Assembly: GCA_965658675.1 (NCBI GenBank)
Contig: CBFHTT010000013.1
Span: 158,016 to 222,015 of the forward strand
Length of the DNA stretch: 64,000 nt
Origin: Limisphaerales bacterium
Lineage (GTDB): Bacteria > Verrucomicrobiota > Verrucomicrobiia > Limisphaerales > CAZKNW01
Direction of reading: 5' to 3'
Each line of letters begins with the position of its first letter. The first letter of the stretch is position 1. Positions 1-8,768 of this stretch are shown here, piece after piece. The notes under the pieces are model-generated. The model did no database searches, was not told the DNA's origin, and saw nothing but the letters and a program-made list of their open reading frames with translations. The position numbers and the translations under genes were made by a program.

Positions 1-1155
1 AGTCTTGAAAATGACTTCATTGTGCGGGCTGAGCTTTCAGGGCTGAAACCTGCGAAACGCTACTATTACCGTGCCCTCTATGGACAGAGCAAGCAGGTCG
101 GGAATAAGGGGCCTGTCTGTTCCTTCAAGACCCTTCCGGGAAAGGGGCTGGATCGGCAGGTTCAGTTCATCATGGGTAGTTGCATGAACTATAATAAATT
201 CATGCACGGACTTGCTGGCAACGCCGGAGGGCCGTTGACCGCGACAGTTGAGGACAAGCGACTTGGATTTCCTGCGTTTGTTTCCATGAAATACTTTGCT
301 CCAGATTTCTTCATCGGATCAGGCGATATTGTCTACTACGACAATCCATACCGTAGATCATCGACGTTGGAAGAACTACGTCTCTGTTGGCATGAGCAAT
401 TCAGGTTTCCTCGCATGATTCGCTTTTTTCAAGACGTGCCAGGTTACTGGTCGAAGGACGATCATGATTTTCGTTACAATGATTCTGACAATGCCACTGA
501 TCGTAAACCGCTTTCGAAGACAGGCATTGATCTGTTCAAGGAGCAGCTGCCGATCGCAGCCATGAACGATGCAGATGCGCCAACTTATCGGACTCACAGA
601 GTGAGTAAGAAATTGCAGCTATGGATCACTGAAGGCAGGGATTATCGCTCTCCAAACAAGATGAAGGATGGTCCCAAGAAATCACTCTGGGGAACCGAAC
701 AACGCGACTGGCTGAAGCATACGTTGAAGGAGAGTGATGCTGAGTGGAAGATCATAGTGTCTCCTACTCCCATGGTTGGTCCGGACATGGGAAAGAAGTC
801 TGACAATCACGCAAGTTTGAAAGGCTTTCGTCATGAGGCCGAGAGTTTCTTTGCCTGGGTGAAGGAGAATAGTATCGAGAATCTTCTCATCTTCTGTGGG
901 GACCGTCATTGGCAATATCACAGCGTTCATCCTTCAGGTGTGGAAGAGTTCGCCTGTGGAGCATTGAACGATGAGAATTCCCGATTGGGTGTTGCTCCGG
1001 GAGATCCCAAAGGCACGGATCCTGATGCGTTGGTCAAGCAGCTGTTCACATCTCCAAAACCGCAGGGTGGTTATCTCGTGGTGACCTCGGGGCGTGATCT
1101 CGAAGTCGAGTTTCACAACGCTGAAGGCAAACTGCTTCATCGGGTGGTGAAATAA
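1..1155 (+). CDS. phoD: Alkaline phosphatase D (PhoD) family metallophosphatase, 5'-truncated by the window edge
   Basis: Frame is open from base 1 (SLENDFIVRAEL...). PhoD motifs GSC, GDxVYYD, DDHD, RxYR and GDRHW follow a purple-acid-phosphatase-like N-domain (LKPAKRYYYR). Confidence 0.85.
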   Translation, partial: SLENDFIVRAELSGLKPAKRYYYRALYGQSKQVGNKGPVCSFKTLPGKGLDRQVQFIMGSCMNYNKFMHGLAGNAGGPLTATVEDKRLGFPAFVSMKYFAPDFFIGSGDIVYYDNPYRRSSTLEELRLCWHEQFRFPRMIRFFQDVPGYWSKDDHDFRYNDSDNATDRKPLSKTGIDLFKEQLPIAAMNDADAPTYRTHRVSKKLQLWITEGRDYRSPNKMKDGPKKSLWGTEQRDWLKHTLKESDAEWKIIVSPTPMVGPDMGKKSDNHASLKGFRHEAESFFAWVKENSIENLLIFCGDRHWQYHSVHPSGVEEFACGALNDENSRLGVAPGDPKGTDPDALVKQLFTSPKPQGGYLVVTSGRDLEVEFHNAEGKLLHRVVK

Positions 1156-1232
1156 TTCTTTTGAATGCGCGACCACCGTTGATGCATCAGACAGTTACCA
1201 AAGTGATTCGTTACTTATAGAACTTCTCTAAT

Positions 1233-2090
1233 ATGCGCACCTTACGATTTGGCTCACTTCTCTCATTTGCCCTATTGCTCTTGCTGCCTTTGTCGGGCTT
1301 TTCAGCTGAAAAGATCTTCCTGTGGAAGAATGGTGCTCCAGGCTTCGAGGCAAAGAAGGATGAACCGGAAAAGAAGGAAGGGGCGAATGTTACCAATGTT
1401 CACAATCCTTCGATCACAGCCTTTTTTCCAGACAAGAGTAAGAACACCGGCACAGCGGTTATCATAGCGCCGGGGGGCGGGCATCGAAAGTTGTGCCTGG
1501 GTCATGAGGGTGATGCCTTGGCTGAGTGGTTTGCTGATCATGGAATCTCTGCCTTTGTTCTCCGTTATCGGTTAAGCCGGGAAGAAGGTTCTCCATACAC
1601 CTTGCTTGGGCATGCCATGGATGACACACGACGTGCGATAAGAACGATTCGTCACCGGGCAAAGGAATGGGGCATTCATTCCAATCGTATCGGGATTCTT
1701 GGGTTCTCAGCTGGTGGAGAGCTTGCTGCTTATTCAGCCATGGATTCAGACCCGGGTGATTCAAAGGCGGCAGATCCGGTTGAGCGCCTTAGTAGTCGTC
1801 CCGATTTCCAAGGCCTGATTTATCCAGGCAAGTCAGACACGTTCACCGTGAAGAAAGGGATGCCACCTGCGTTCATCGCCTACGGTTACAAGGATCGCGA
1901 TGACATCTCATTTGGTATGGCCAAGGTCTATTTGAGGTATAAGGAAGTTGGCGTCCCTTGCGAAATGCATGTGTATTCCAATGCCGGACATGGCTTTGGG
2001 TATCGTCCCGGAACCACAAATGCTGCTGGCGACTGGCCAAAGCGCTTCTGCGAATGGCTGGCCGACAGCAAATTTCTCACCTATCATTAA
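1233..2090 (+). CDS. Secreted alpha/beta hydrolase (acetyl/xylan esterase-like, BD-FAE/Aes type)
   Basis: Signal peptide, PGGG oxyanion loop, GFSAGG nucleophile elbow, HGFG catalytic His. Confidence 0.85.
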   Translation: MRTLRFGSLLSFALLLLLPLSGFSAEKIFLWKNGAPGFEAKKDEPEKKEGANVTNVHNPSITAFFPDKSKNTGTAVIIAPGGGHRKLCLGHEGDALAEWFADHGISAFVLRYRLSREEGSPYTLLGHAMDDTRRAIRTIRHRAKEWGIHSNRIGILGFSAGGELAAYSAMDSDPGDSKAADPVERLSSRPDFQGLIYPGKSDTFTVKKGMPPAFIAYGYKDRDDISFGMAKVYLRYKEVGVPCEMHVYSNAGHGFGYRPGTTNAAGDWPKRFCEWLADSKFLTYH

Positions 2091-2108
2091 TTCAATTTCA
2101 CCATTGCT

Positions 2109-3581
2109 ATGAAACGTTTATTGATCGCCTCAATTGTGCTCCTGTCCCTCGTGGCGCAGGCTGCGGATCGTCCCAACATTGTCTGGATCATTCCGGACGA
2201 TATGTCTGCGAACTTCTCTTCCTATGGTGAGACTGCCATTGAAACACCGAATGTTGATCGATTGGCGACAGAGGGTGTGAAGTTCACCAATGCCTACGTC
2301 ACTGCACCCGTGTGTTCCACATGTCGCTCTGCATTCATCACTGGTATGTATCAGACGAGCATTGGTGCGCATCACCACAGAAGCGGTCGTGGTGAAGAAA
2401 AGATTCACCTGCCGAAACATATCAAGTTGGTTCCGAAGATGTTTCAGGACGCAGGCTATCATACGTCCATAACAGGTTGGCCAATTCGCAAAGGGAAACT
2501 GGGCAAGACCGACTACAACTTTGAATGGGATCAATCTGTCTACGATGGAAGTGACTGGTCCGAAAGGAAGGAAGGTCAGCCTTTCTTTGTTCAGATCCAG
2601 ACGCAAGGAGGTAAACTCCGAGGCAAGGATTCAAAAGGTTGGGAGGGTGTTCAGAAGAAGGCTGAAGAACGATTTGGAAATCGCACTTCGGACAGTGCAG
2701 TGAAGTTGCCACCATACTACCCGAAGCACCCTGATGTCATCCGGGATTGGGCTGCCTATCTGGATTCAGTGAGACTGACCGATGCCATGGTTGGTGATGT
2801 GTTGGACCGGCTCGAGAAAGAAGGGGTGAGAGACAACACAGTCGTGTTGTTCATGACGGATCATGGAATCAGTCACGCGAGAGGCAAGCAGTTCATGTAT
2901 GATGAAGGCTTGCATGTTCCTTTGGTGATCAGCGGGCCAGGAATCGAGCGTGGTACCGTGCGCAAGGATGTTGTGGAGCATATCGATATTGCCGCCTTAT
3001 CTTTGGCTGCTGCTGGAATCGAGATTCCCAGCCATATGCAGGCGAGGGATATTCTGGCCAAGGACTACAAGCCTCGTCGGGCCGTGTTTGCAGCGAGAGA
3101 TAGGTGCGATGAAACAGTCGATCACATGCGTGCTGTCAGAACTCCTGATTACAAATACATTCGTAACTTCCTGCCGAAACGTCCCTACCTGCAGCCCTGT
3201 GCTTACAAAGATGCGAAGGCGATCCTGATCGCATTGCGCGATTGGAATGAAGCCGGGAAGTTGAATGACACCCAGAAGTTGGTCTTTCGAAATGAGCGTC
3301 CCGAGGAGGAACTCTACAACGTGCATGCTGATCCGCATGAGATCAACAACCTAGCCGGGAATCCCAAATATGCAGCGAAGCTGAAGGAGATGCGTGGTCG
3401 TCTCAATCGATGGATCAAGCGCACCGATGACAAAGGCAATGAGCCGGAGCCAGCGAAGATGTTCGACAGTGATATGGCAGTGTATCTGAATACAATCAAA
3501 CGCCGGTCAACACAGGAGCATTACGACTTGATCGAGAAGAACATCAACCTGATGCGTAAGTGGGCGGCTGAAGGAAAGTAG
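2109..3581 (+). CDS. Formylglycine-dependent (S1) sulfatase, secreted
   Basis: Signal peptide, PNIVWIIPDD, CSTCRSAFITG active-site motif, TDHG, ELYN..DPHEINNLA. Confidence 0.9.
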   Translation: MKRLLIASIVLLSLVAQAADRPNIVWIIPDDMSANFSSYGETAIETPNVDRLATEGVKFTNAYVTAPVCSTCRSAFITGMYQTSIGAHHHRSGRGEEKIHLPKHIKLVPKMFQDAGYHTSITGWPIRKGKLGKTDYNFEWDQSVYDGSDWSERKEGQPFFVQIQTQGGKLRGKDSKGWEGVQKKAEERFGNRTSDSAVKLPPYYPKHPDVIRDWAAYLDSVRLTDAMVGDVLDRLEKEGVRDNTVVLFMTDHGISHARGKQFMYDEGLHVPLVISGPGIERGTVRKDVVEHIDIAALSLAAAGIEIPSHMQARDILAKDYKPRRAVFAARDRCDETVDHMRAVRTPDYKYIRNFLPKRPYLQPCAYKDAKAILIALRDWNEAGKLNDTQKLVFRNERPEEELYNVHADPHEINNLAGNPKYAAKLKEMRGRLNRWIKRTDDKGNEPEPAKMFDSDMAVYLNTIKRRSTQEHYDLIEKNINLMRKWAAEGK

Positions 3582-3596
3582 AGATCTCGATCTTCC

Positions 3597-5087
3597 ATGA
3601 ATACAAAACGGCTGTTCAGTCTGTTGGTATTGTTTTTCTTCTTGGCGCAAGCCGGGGCAAAGGAGAAACCGAATGTTCTCTTCATTTCGGTGGATGATCT
3701 GAATGACTGGATAGGGTGCCTCGGCGGCCATCCTCAGGCGTTGACTCCGAATATGGATCGGTTGGCAAAGCGAGGCGTTTTGTTTTCGAATGCCCACTGT
3801 GCAGCGCCTGCCTGCAATCCGTCCAGATCGGCCGTGTTCAGCGGACTGTATCCGACGAAGACAGGCGTTTGGAACAACAAGAGTGGCTCGGTTCAAAAGC
3901 TCTATCCGGAAGCTGAGTTTTTGCCCCACACCTTCTCCAAATCGGGGTATACCACCATGGGAGCGGGGAAGCTTCTCCATTCCAAAGGCAATCAGCTTTT
4001 TGATGATTACCTTTCAGTTGAGCAACGCTGGAGTCCTCTTCAGAAAACAGATGTCCTTTATCAAGCCGGCGATCTCCCAAGCAAAGGGACGTCGAATCCA
4101 AGGCATGTCACAAGGGATGGGCAGGGACGTGAGGTCGTCCTTCCCTTAAATCGCATGCCGTCCGATAGAAGGCCTACGACAAAGGATAGTGAGTCTTTTG
4201 ATTGGGGGGCGTTTGATGTTCCGGATTCAGATTTTGGCGATACCAAGATTACGGACTGGGCGATCAAGAAGTTAAAGGACAAGCAAACAAAGCCCTTCTT
4301 TATGGGGGTGGGATACTATCGCCCGCATATTCCCTTGTGGGCTCCTAAGCGCTTTTTTGAACGATTCAAGGATGAACCAGCTGCTTTGCCTATAGTGCGA
4401 ACGGACGATCTGGTGGATGTATCCGAAACCGCAAAGAAATGGGCGAGAGAGGCAATCACAGCCGGGAGTCATGAAACCGTCTTAAAATACGATCAATGGA
4501 GAGAAGCGGTGGAAGCCTATCTGGCGTGTGTGACCTATGTAGACTCGGAGATTGGGCGGTTGCTGGATGCTTTGGATAAATCTGAACACTCAGATAATAC
4601 ATTGATTGTTCTTTGGTCGGACCATGGCTGGCACTTGGGCGAGAAGGAGCACTGGGGGAAGTGGACTGGATGGGAGCGCTCTACCAGAGTCCCGCTAATT
4701 TTCGTTCCCCAGAAAGATGATACGACTGTTTCCCGTAGCAGTGTCTGTAAGGCGCCAGTCGGGCTAATCGATCTGTATCCCACGCTTGTTGAATCCTGCG
4801 GTATTGAAGGACCTGAGATGCTGCATGGGCAATCACTCGTTCCGTTGTTGAAGAACCCTGAGCTTTCAACCAATCGTGGGCTTGTCACGATGTTTGATAA
4901 GGGTAATTACAGCCTAAGAATGGAGCGATGGAGATTCATTCGATATGAGGATGGTTCCGAAGAACTCTATGACCTCGAAGAAGACCCGAACGAATGGAGT
5001 AACCTCATCGATTCGAAGAATCATCAGGGAGTAGTGGTCGAAATGAAGAATGCACTTTCCACCGAACTTGAGCGATTGGAGTTTTAG
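3597..5087 (+). CDS. S1 sulfatase (iduronate/choline sulfatase-like), secreted
   Basis: PNVLFISVDDL, CNPSRSAVFSG, GKLLH, RPHIP, SDHGWHLGEK. Confidence 0.9.
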   Translation: MNTKRLFSLLVLFFFLAQAGAKEKPNVLFISVDDLNDWIGCLGGHPQALTPNMDRLAKRGVLFSNAHCAAPACNPSRSAVFSGLYPTKTGVWNNKSGSVQKLYPEAEFLPHTFSKSGYTTMGAGKLLHSKGNQLFDDYLSVEQRWSPLQKTDVLYQAGDLPSKGTSNPRHVTRDGQGREVVLPLNRMPSDRRPTTKDSESFDWGAFDVPDSDFGDTKITDWAIKKLKDKQTKPFFMGVGYYRPHIPLWAPKRFFERFKDEPAALPIVRTDDLVDVSETAKKWAREAITAGSHETVLKYDQWREAVEAYLACVTYVDSEIGRLLDALDKSEHSDNTLIVLWSDHGWHLGEKEHWGKWTGWERSTRVPLIFVPQKDDTTVSRSSVCKAPVGLIDLYPTLVESCGIEGPEMLHGQSLVPLLKNPELSTNRGLVTMFDKGNYSLRMERWRFIRYEDGSEELYDLEEDPNEWSNLIDSKNHQGVVVEMKNALSTELERLEF

Positions 5088-5157
5088 TATCCGCCTGTTT
5101 TGGTGATGTGTTGTTCGTGGCTCGACCAATTGGAATGAATCGTTGAGTCTCTTCGGC

Positions 5158-5580
5158 ATGACCATTCGGATCGCCAATAAGGAAGAAGAGATTACTCTCT
5201 GCTTCGATGCCATGAAGGAACTCCGCCCTCATCTTGAGCGAGAGACTTTTGTATCACGCATCCGGCACCAACAGATTCAGGGCTATCAGTTGATATTTGC
5301 TGATGTAGATGGTGTTGCTGCCTCAGCTGCCGGATTTCGAGTCTTGGACTACCTCGCGTGGGGACGTGTTCTCTACATAGATGATCTGACCACATTGCCG
5401 GACTATCGGGGCCAAGGTCATGGAGGTGCGCTTCTAGATTGGATGATCGCTCGAGGAAAGGATCAGAACTGCGACGAATTGCATCTGGATTCCGGGCATC
5501 AACGCTTTGATGCACATCGGCTCTATCTCAACAAAGGAATGAAGATCAACAGTCATCATTTTTCGATACCTTTGAAATAG
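5158..5580 (+). CDS. GNAT family N-acetyltransferase
   Basis: LYIDDLTT..RGQGHG acetyl-CoA motif A and LDSG..R.DAHRLY. ATG at 5158 preferred over TTG at 5143. Confidence 0.85.
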   Translation: MTIRIANKEEEITLCFDAMKELRPHLERETFVSRIRHQQIQGYQLIFADVDGVAASAAGFRVLDYLAWGRVLYIDDLTTLPDYRGQGHGGALLDWMIARGKDQNCDELHLDSGHQRFDAHRLYLNKGMKINSHHFSIPLK

Positions 5581-5599
5581 AATTAGAGAATGTGTTGAT

Positions 5600-5619
5600 A
5601 TATCTAAATAATACGACAT
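5600..5619. promoter_or_regulatory. Putative ArsR-family operator, copy 1 (ATATC-N10-GACAT)
   Basis: ATATCTAAATAATACGACAT lies immediately upstream of the ArsR gene. It is an imperfect inverted repeat and has a sister copy at 5960-5979. Confidence 0.6.
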
Positions 5620-5620
5620 A

Positions 5621-5932
5621 TTGATCTCAGTGAACGCGACGAAGACAGATCTGATTTCATTGGAAAGCTTGGAGCAGGCCTCTGAGTGTTTGAAAACGAT
5701 CGCGCATCCGCATCGCTTGAGAATGATTCAGATGTTATTGGAGGACCGTTACACTGTTGGAGAGTTGGCTGAAGCCTGTGATATTCAAAGTCACATTGCA
5801 TCGGGCCACCTTCGACTTTTGAAACATTGCGGTTTGTTGGAGCCTGAACGTGAAGGACGGAAGATTTTCTACCGTATTGCTGAGCCAGAATTGGGAAATA
5901 TCATGAGCTGTATAGAGAATCGTTTTGGGTAA
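5621..5932 (+). CDS. ArsR/SmtB family repressor (BigR/SqrR-like persulfide sensor candidate)
   Basis: LKTIAHPHRLRMIQML, TVGELA, S.HLRLL and R.GR.IFY winged-helix motifs; four Cys; sits upstream of rhodanese genes. Start uncertain (TTG 5621 or GTG 5630). Confidence 0.88.
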   Translation: MISVNATKTDLISLESLEQASECLKTIAHPHRLRMIQMLLEDRYTVGELAEACDIQSHIASGHLRLLKHCGLLEPEREGRKIFYRIAEPELGNIMSCIENRFG

Positions 5933-5959
5933 TCGGATAAACCCTTTTTTTGATCTAAC

Positions 5960-5979
5960 ATATCTAAAGATTTAAACAT
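5960..5979. promoter_or_regulatory. Putative ArsR-family operator, copy 2 (ATATC-N10-AACAT)
   Basis: ATATCTAAAGATTTAAACAT upstream of the rhodanese gene. Shares ATATCTAAA...ACAT and the spacing of copy 1. Confidence 0.6.
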
Positions 5980-5997
5980 TAAGACCTAAAGAGGATA

Positions 5998-6531
5998 ATG
6001 AAAATGGAGAATGAACATAAGACAATCAGCCCCAAAGAACTGGCGGGCCTCATTCGTGATGGGCAACCGTGTGATCTTATCGATGTGAGGACACCCGCCG
6101 AATACCGTGAGGTGCATTCTAAGTGGGCGAGGAATATTCCGTTGGACACATTCGATGCTGAAGCCCTGATCGGCAATCGGGACGAGAATCAGACTCTCTA
6201 TGTGATTTGTAAGTCAGGAGCTAGGGCGGGGAAAGCCTGTGAGGCGCTTCGTAAGACTGGTTATCAGGAAGTCGTGAATGTGGAAGGAGGAACTGATGCC
6301 TGGGTGGGAGCCGGTTTGCCGATTGAGGAAGGGAAGAAGACCATGTCGCTCGAACGTCAGGTTCGTATTACTGCCGGGGCGTTGGTTGTGACAGGAGCGA
6401 TCCTTTCTCAGTTGATCGCACAGCCTTGGGTCTATTTGTCGGGATTTGTGGGAGCTGGACTTGTATTTGCAGGAATTACCGACACCTGCGGAATGGGTAT
6501 GTTGTTGGCCAAGATGCCATGGAACCGTTGA
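5998..6531 (+). CDS. Rhodanese + DUF2892 membrane sulfurtransferase (YgaP-like)
   Basis: IDVRTPAEY, CKSGAR active loop, GGTDAW, then SLERQVRI...GITDTCGMGMLLAKMPWN. Confidence 0.9.
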   Translation: MKMENEHKTISPKELAGLIRDGQPCDLIDVRTPAEYREVHSKWARNIPLDTFDAEALIGNRDENQTLYVICKSGARAGKACEALRKTGYQEVVNVEGGTDAWVGAGLPIEEGKKTMSLERQVRITAGALVVTGAILSQLIAQPWVYLSGFVGAGLVFAGITDTCGMGMLLAKMPWNR

Positions 6532-6541
6532 AGAGGTGGCT

Positions 6542-7285
6542 ATGTTTGAAGTTCTGGTAATAGGATTGTTGGTGGGCGCTTCCCTCGCACTGTTGGGTGG
6601 TGGAGGAACTGTCTTAATGACGCCTGCCTTGATCTACATTGCTGGATTCTCGATCAGGGAGGCGATTGTGATGTCGTTGCTTGTTGTGGGTGCGACGAGC
6701 CTGGTGGGTGGTGTGTTGAGTTGGAGAAATGGAATGGTGAATCCAAAAGCAGCGATCGTCTTTGCCTCAGCAGGGATTCTCGGAGCGCTTCCCGGCGCTT
6801 ACTTATCGGCGAGGATGTCGGAGGATTTCTTATTACTCATGTTTGGGCTAGTCATGCTGATCGTGGCTGGTGTGATGCTTACGACGAAGAGGATTGAAAC
6901 GGCGGGTGACAAACATGAGTGCAGGATTGAGAGATGCGTCTTTGCCGGATCAGGCGTGGGGATGCTCACTGGATTTCTTGGCGTGGGTGGAGGGTTTGTG
7001 ATCGTGCCTGCTCTTATCCAGTTTGGTGATCTCAAGCTGAAGCGTGCTATTGGGACTTCGCTTTGGGTGATCGCTGCAAGTTCGATGGCCGGATTTGTGA
7101 CACACCTGGAAGGTCAAACCGTTCAGGCCACAGACCTCTTTGGATTCCTGAGTGCGTCGATCTGTGGATTGCTGTTGGGTGGAAAGCTTCGCCTTGGGAT
7201 CAAGACGGAGCGTCTGAAACAAATTTTTGCTCTGTTTGTCTTTTGCACTGCTGTCTTTGTGATCGTACAGGGTGTGTTGGGTTGA
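6542..7285 (+). CDS. TauE/SafE family sulfite/sulfur-compound exporter
   Basis: Two repeats of G.LG.GGG...P (LLGGGGTVLMTP, FLGVGGGFVIVP), AIGTSL, about 8 TM helices. ATG at 6542 follows GAGG. Confidence 0.88.
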   Translation: MFEVLVIGLLVGASLALLGGGGTVLMTPALIYIAGFSIREAIVMSLLVVGATSLVGGVLSWRNGMVNPKAAIVFASAGILGALPGAYLSARMSEDFLLLMFGLVMLIVAGVMLTTKRIETAGDKHECRIERCVFAGSGVGMLTGFLGVGGGFVIVPALIQFGDLKLKRAIGTSLWVIAASSMAGFVTHLEGQTVQATDLFGFLSASICGLLLGGKLRLGIKTERLKQIFALFVFCTAVFVIVQGVLG

Positions 7286-7308
7286 AACTACTAATGAAAG
7301 GAAAAGAG

Positions 7309-8709
7309 ATGATAATGAAACGTTACTTTGTCGAAGGCTTGGCCCATGCGTCTTACATGGTGGGATCGGAGGGACAAGCGGTTGTGATCGATCCGAAGAG
7401 GGATGTAGAAGACTACATTCGCGATGCAGAGAAAGAGGGTATGAGAATAGTGGCGGTGCTAAATACACACCCTCATGCAGATTTTGCATCTGGTTTTAGG
7501 GAGTTGGCTGAAAGGGTGGGTGCCGATGTGTATGTATCGCATCTGGCGCCTGTGAGCTACCCTCACATCCCTGGAAAAGATGGGGATGTCATCGAATTGG
7601 GGAAACTGAAATTCGAGATCCTCGAAACGCCGGGGCACTCACCGGACAGCCTCAGTTTCCTTGTGAAGAAAGAAGGTAAGGCCATGAGTGTCTTCACCGG
7701 TGATCTGCTGTTTGTGAATGATGTGGGTAGACCGGATCTGAGAGATGCTGATGAAGACCCGCGTGGACTCGCAGACAAACTTTATGATTCGCTCTTTGGG
7801 AAGATTCTCTCGCTTCCCGAGGAAGTGCAGATCTATCCGGCGCATGGAGCAGGGTCGTTGTGTGGGAGGGCCATTTCCTCTGAGGCTTCTTCCACGGTGG
7901 GAAATGAAAAAGCCAACAATTGGGCTGCACAGATCGAGAACAGAGAAGAGTTTGTTGATGCAATGGTTTCCAATCTTCCCGCGAGACCTGCTTACTTTTC
8001 TTACGACGTAGACATCAATCTCAATGGAGCTACTTCATTCAACCAAGCCGAGTCGGTCCCAGCTCTTTCCGAATTGGAAATAAGGAATATGCAGGAAAAA
8101 GGTGCGGTGGTAATTGACACCAGAAAGGCGTCTGACTTTGGAGCAGGGCATATTGGTGGGAGCTTCAACATCGGATTGGGAAGCAGCTTGTTCTCCACGT
8201 GGGTCGGGTTCTTGGTTTCTTCTTCCGCTCCCATCGTGTTGGTGTTGAACAGAGCTGAGGATTTGCTCAAAGCCAGAACTGACCTGGCTCGGATAGGATA
8301 TGATTCCTTGGTCGGATACATTGAAGGTCGATCTCTCGGGTCATGTGAACAACTCTCGCAGCTGAGTGTGTGTGACTTGCGATCAGCATTGAACGAAGAT
8401 TCGAATATGACCGTTATCGATGTGAGAACTTCGGGGGAATGGAATGCCGGGCACATTGAAAATGCAACTCATGTTCCTCTGCCAGAACTGAGTAGTCGAA
8501 TTGAGGACTTCAGGAACCATACTTCCATCGCAGTGATCTGTGGGAGCGGTTATAGAAGCTCGATTGCAGCTAGCGTGCTGTTGAGATCAGGTGTTTCAAA
8601 TGTGCAGAATGTCATGGGAGGCATGGGTGCGTTCATGGATGTGAATTGTCCGATGATGAACCCCGCTGAATTGGTATTTGGAGAAGGGAAGGCCTGTTCG
8701 TTGGCATGA
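7309..8709 (+). CDS. MBL-fold persulfide dioxygenase fused to two rhodanese domains (CstB/Blh-like)
   Basis: THPHADF, TPGHS, FTGD.LF..DVGRPDL, YPAHGAGSLCG, then a pseudo-rhodanese and a rhodanese with CGSGYRS. Confidence 0.88.
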   Translation: MIMKRYFVEGLAHASYMVGSEGQAVVIDPKRDVEDYIRDAEKEGMRIVAVLNTHPHADFASGFRELAERVGADVYVSHLAPVSYPHIPGKDGDVIELGKLKFEILETPGHSPDSLSFLVKKEGKAMSVFTGDLLFVNDVGRPDLRDADEDPRGLADKLYDSLFGKILSLPEEVQIYPAHGAGSLCGRAISSEASSTVGNEKANNWAAQIENREEFVDAMVSNLPARPAYFSYDVDINLNGATSFNQAESVPALSELEIRNMQEKGAVVIDTRKASDFGAGHIGGSFNIGLGSSLFSTWVGFLVSSSAPIVLVLNRAEDLLKARTDLARIGYDSLVGYIEGRSLGSCEQLSQLSVCDLRSALNEDSNMTVIDVRTSGEWNAGHIENATHVPLPELSSRIEDFRNHTSIAVICGSGYRSSIAASVLLRSGVSNVQNVMGGMGAFMDVNCPMMNPAELVFGEGKACSLA

Positions 8710-8768
8710 TTGTTATGAAGACGAGATTCTGGATTGTGACCTTTCTTGATTGAGTCCATAAAGTTCAC

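Noticed and set aside
7063-7308. N-terminal extensions in the ORF track (also 6446-6541, 12495-12719, 44955-45059, 16013-16060)
   Set aside because: They overlap upstream genes or promoters, and family homology starts at the downstream start codons used above.
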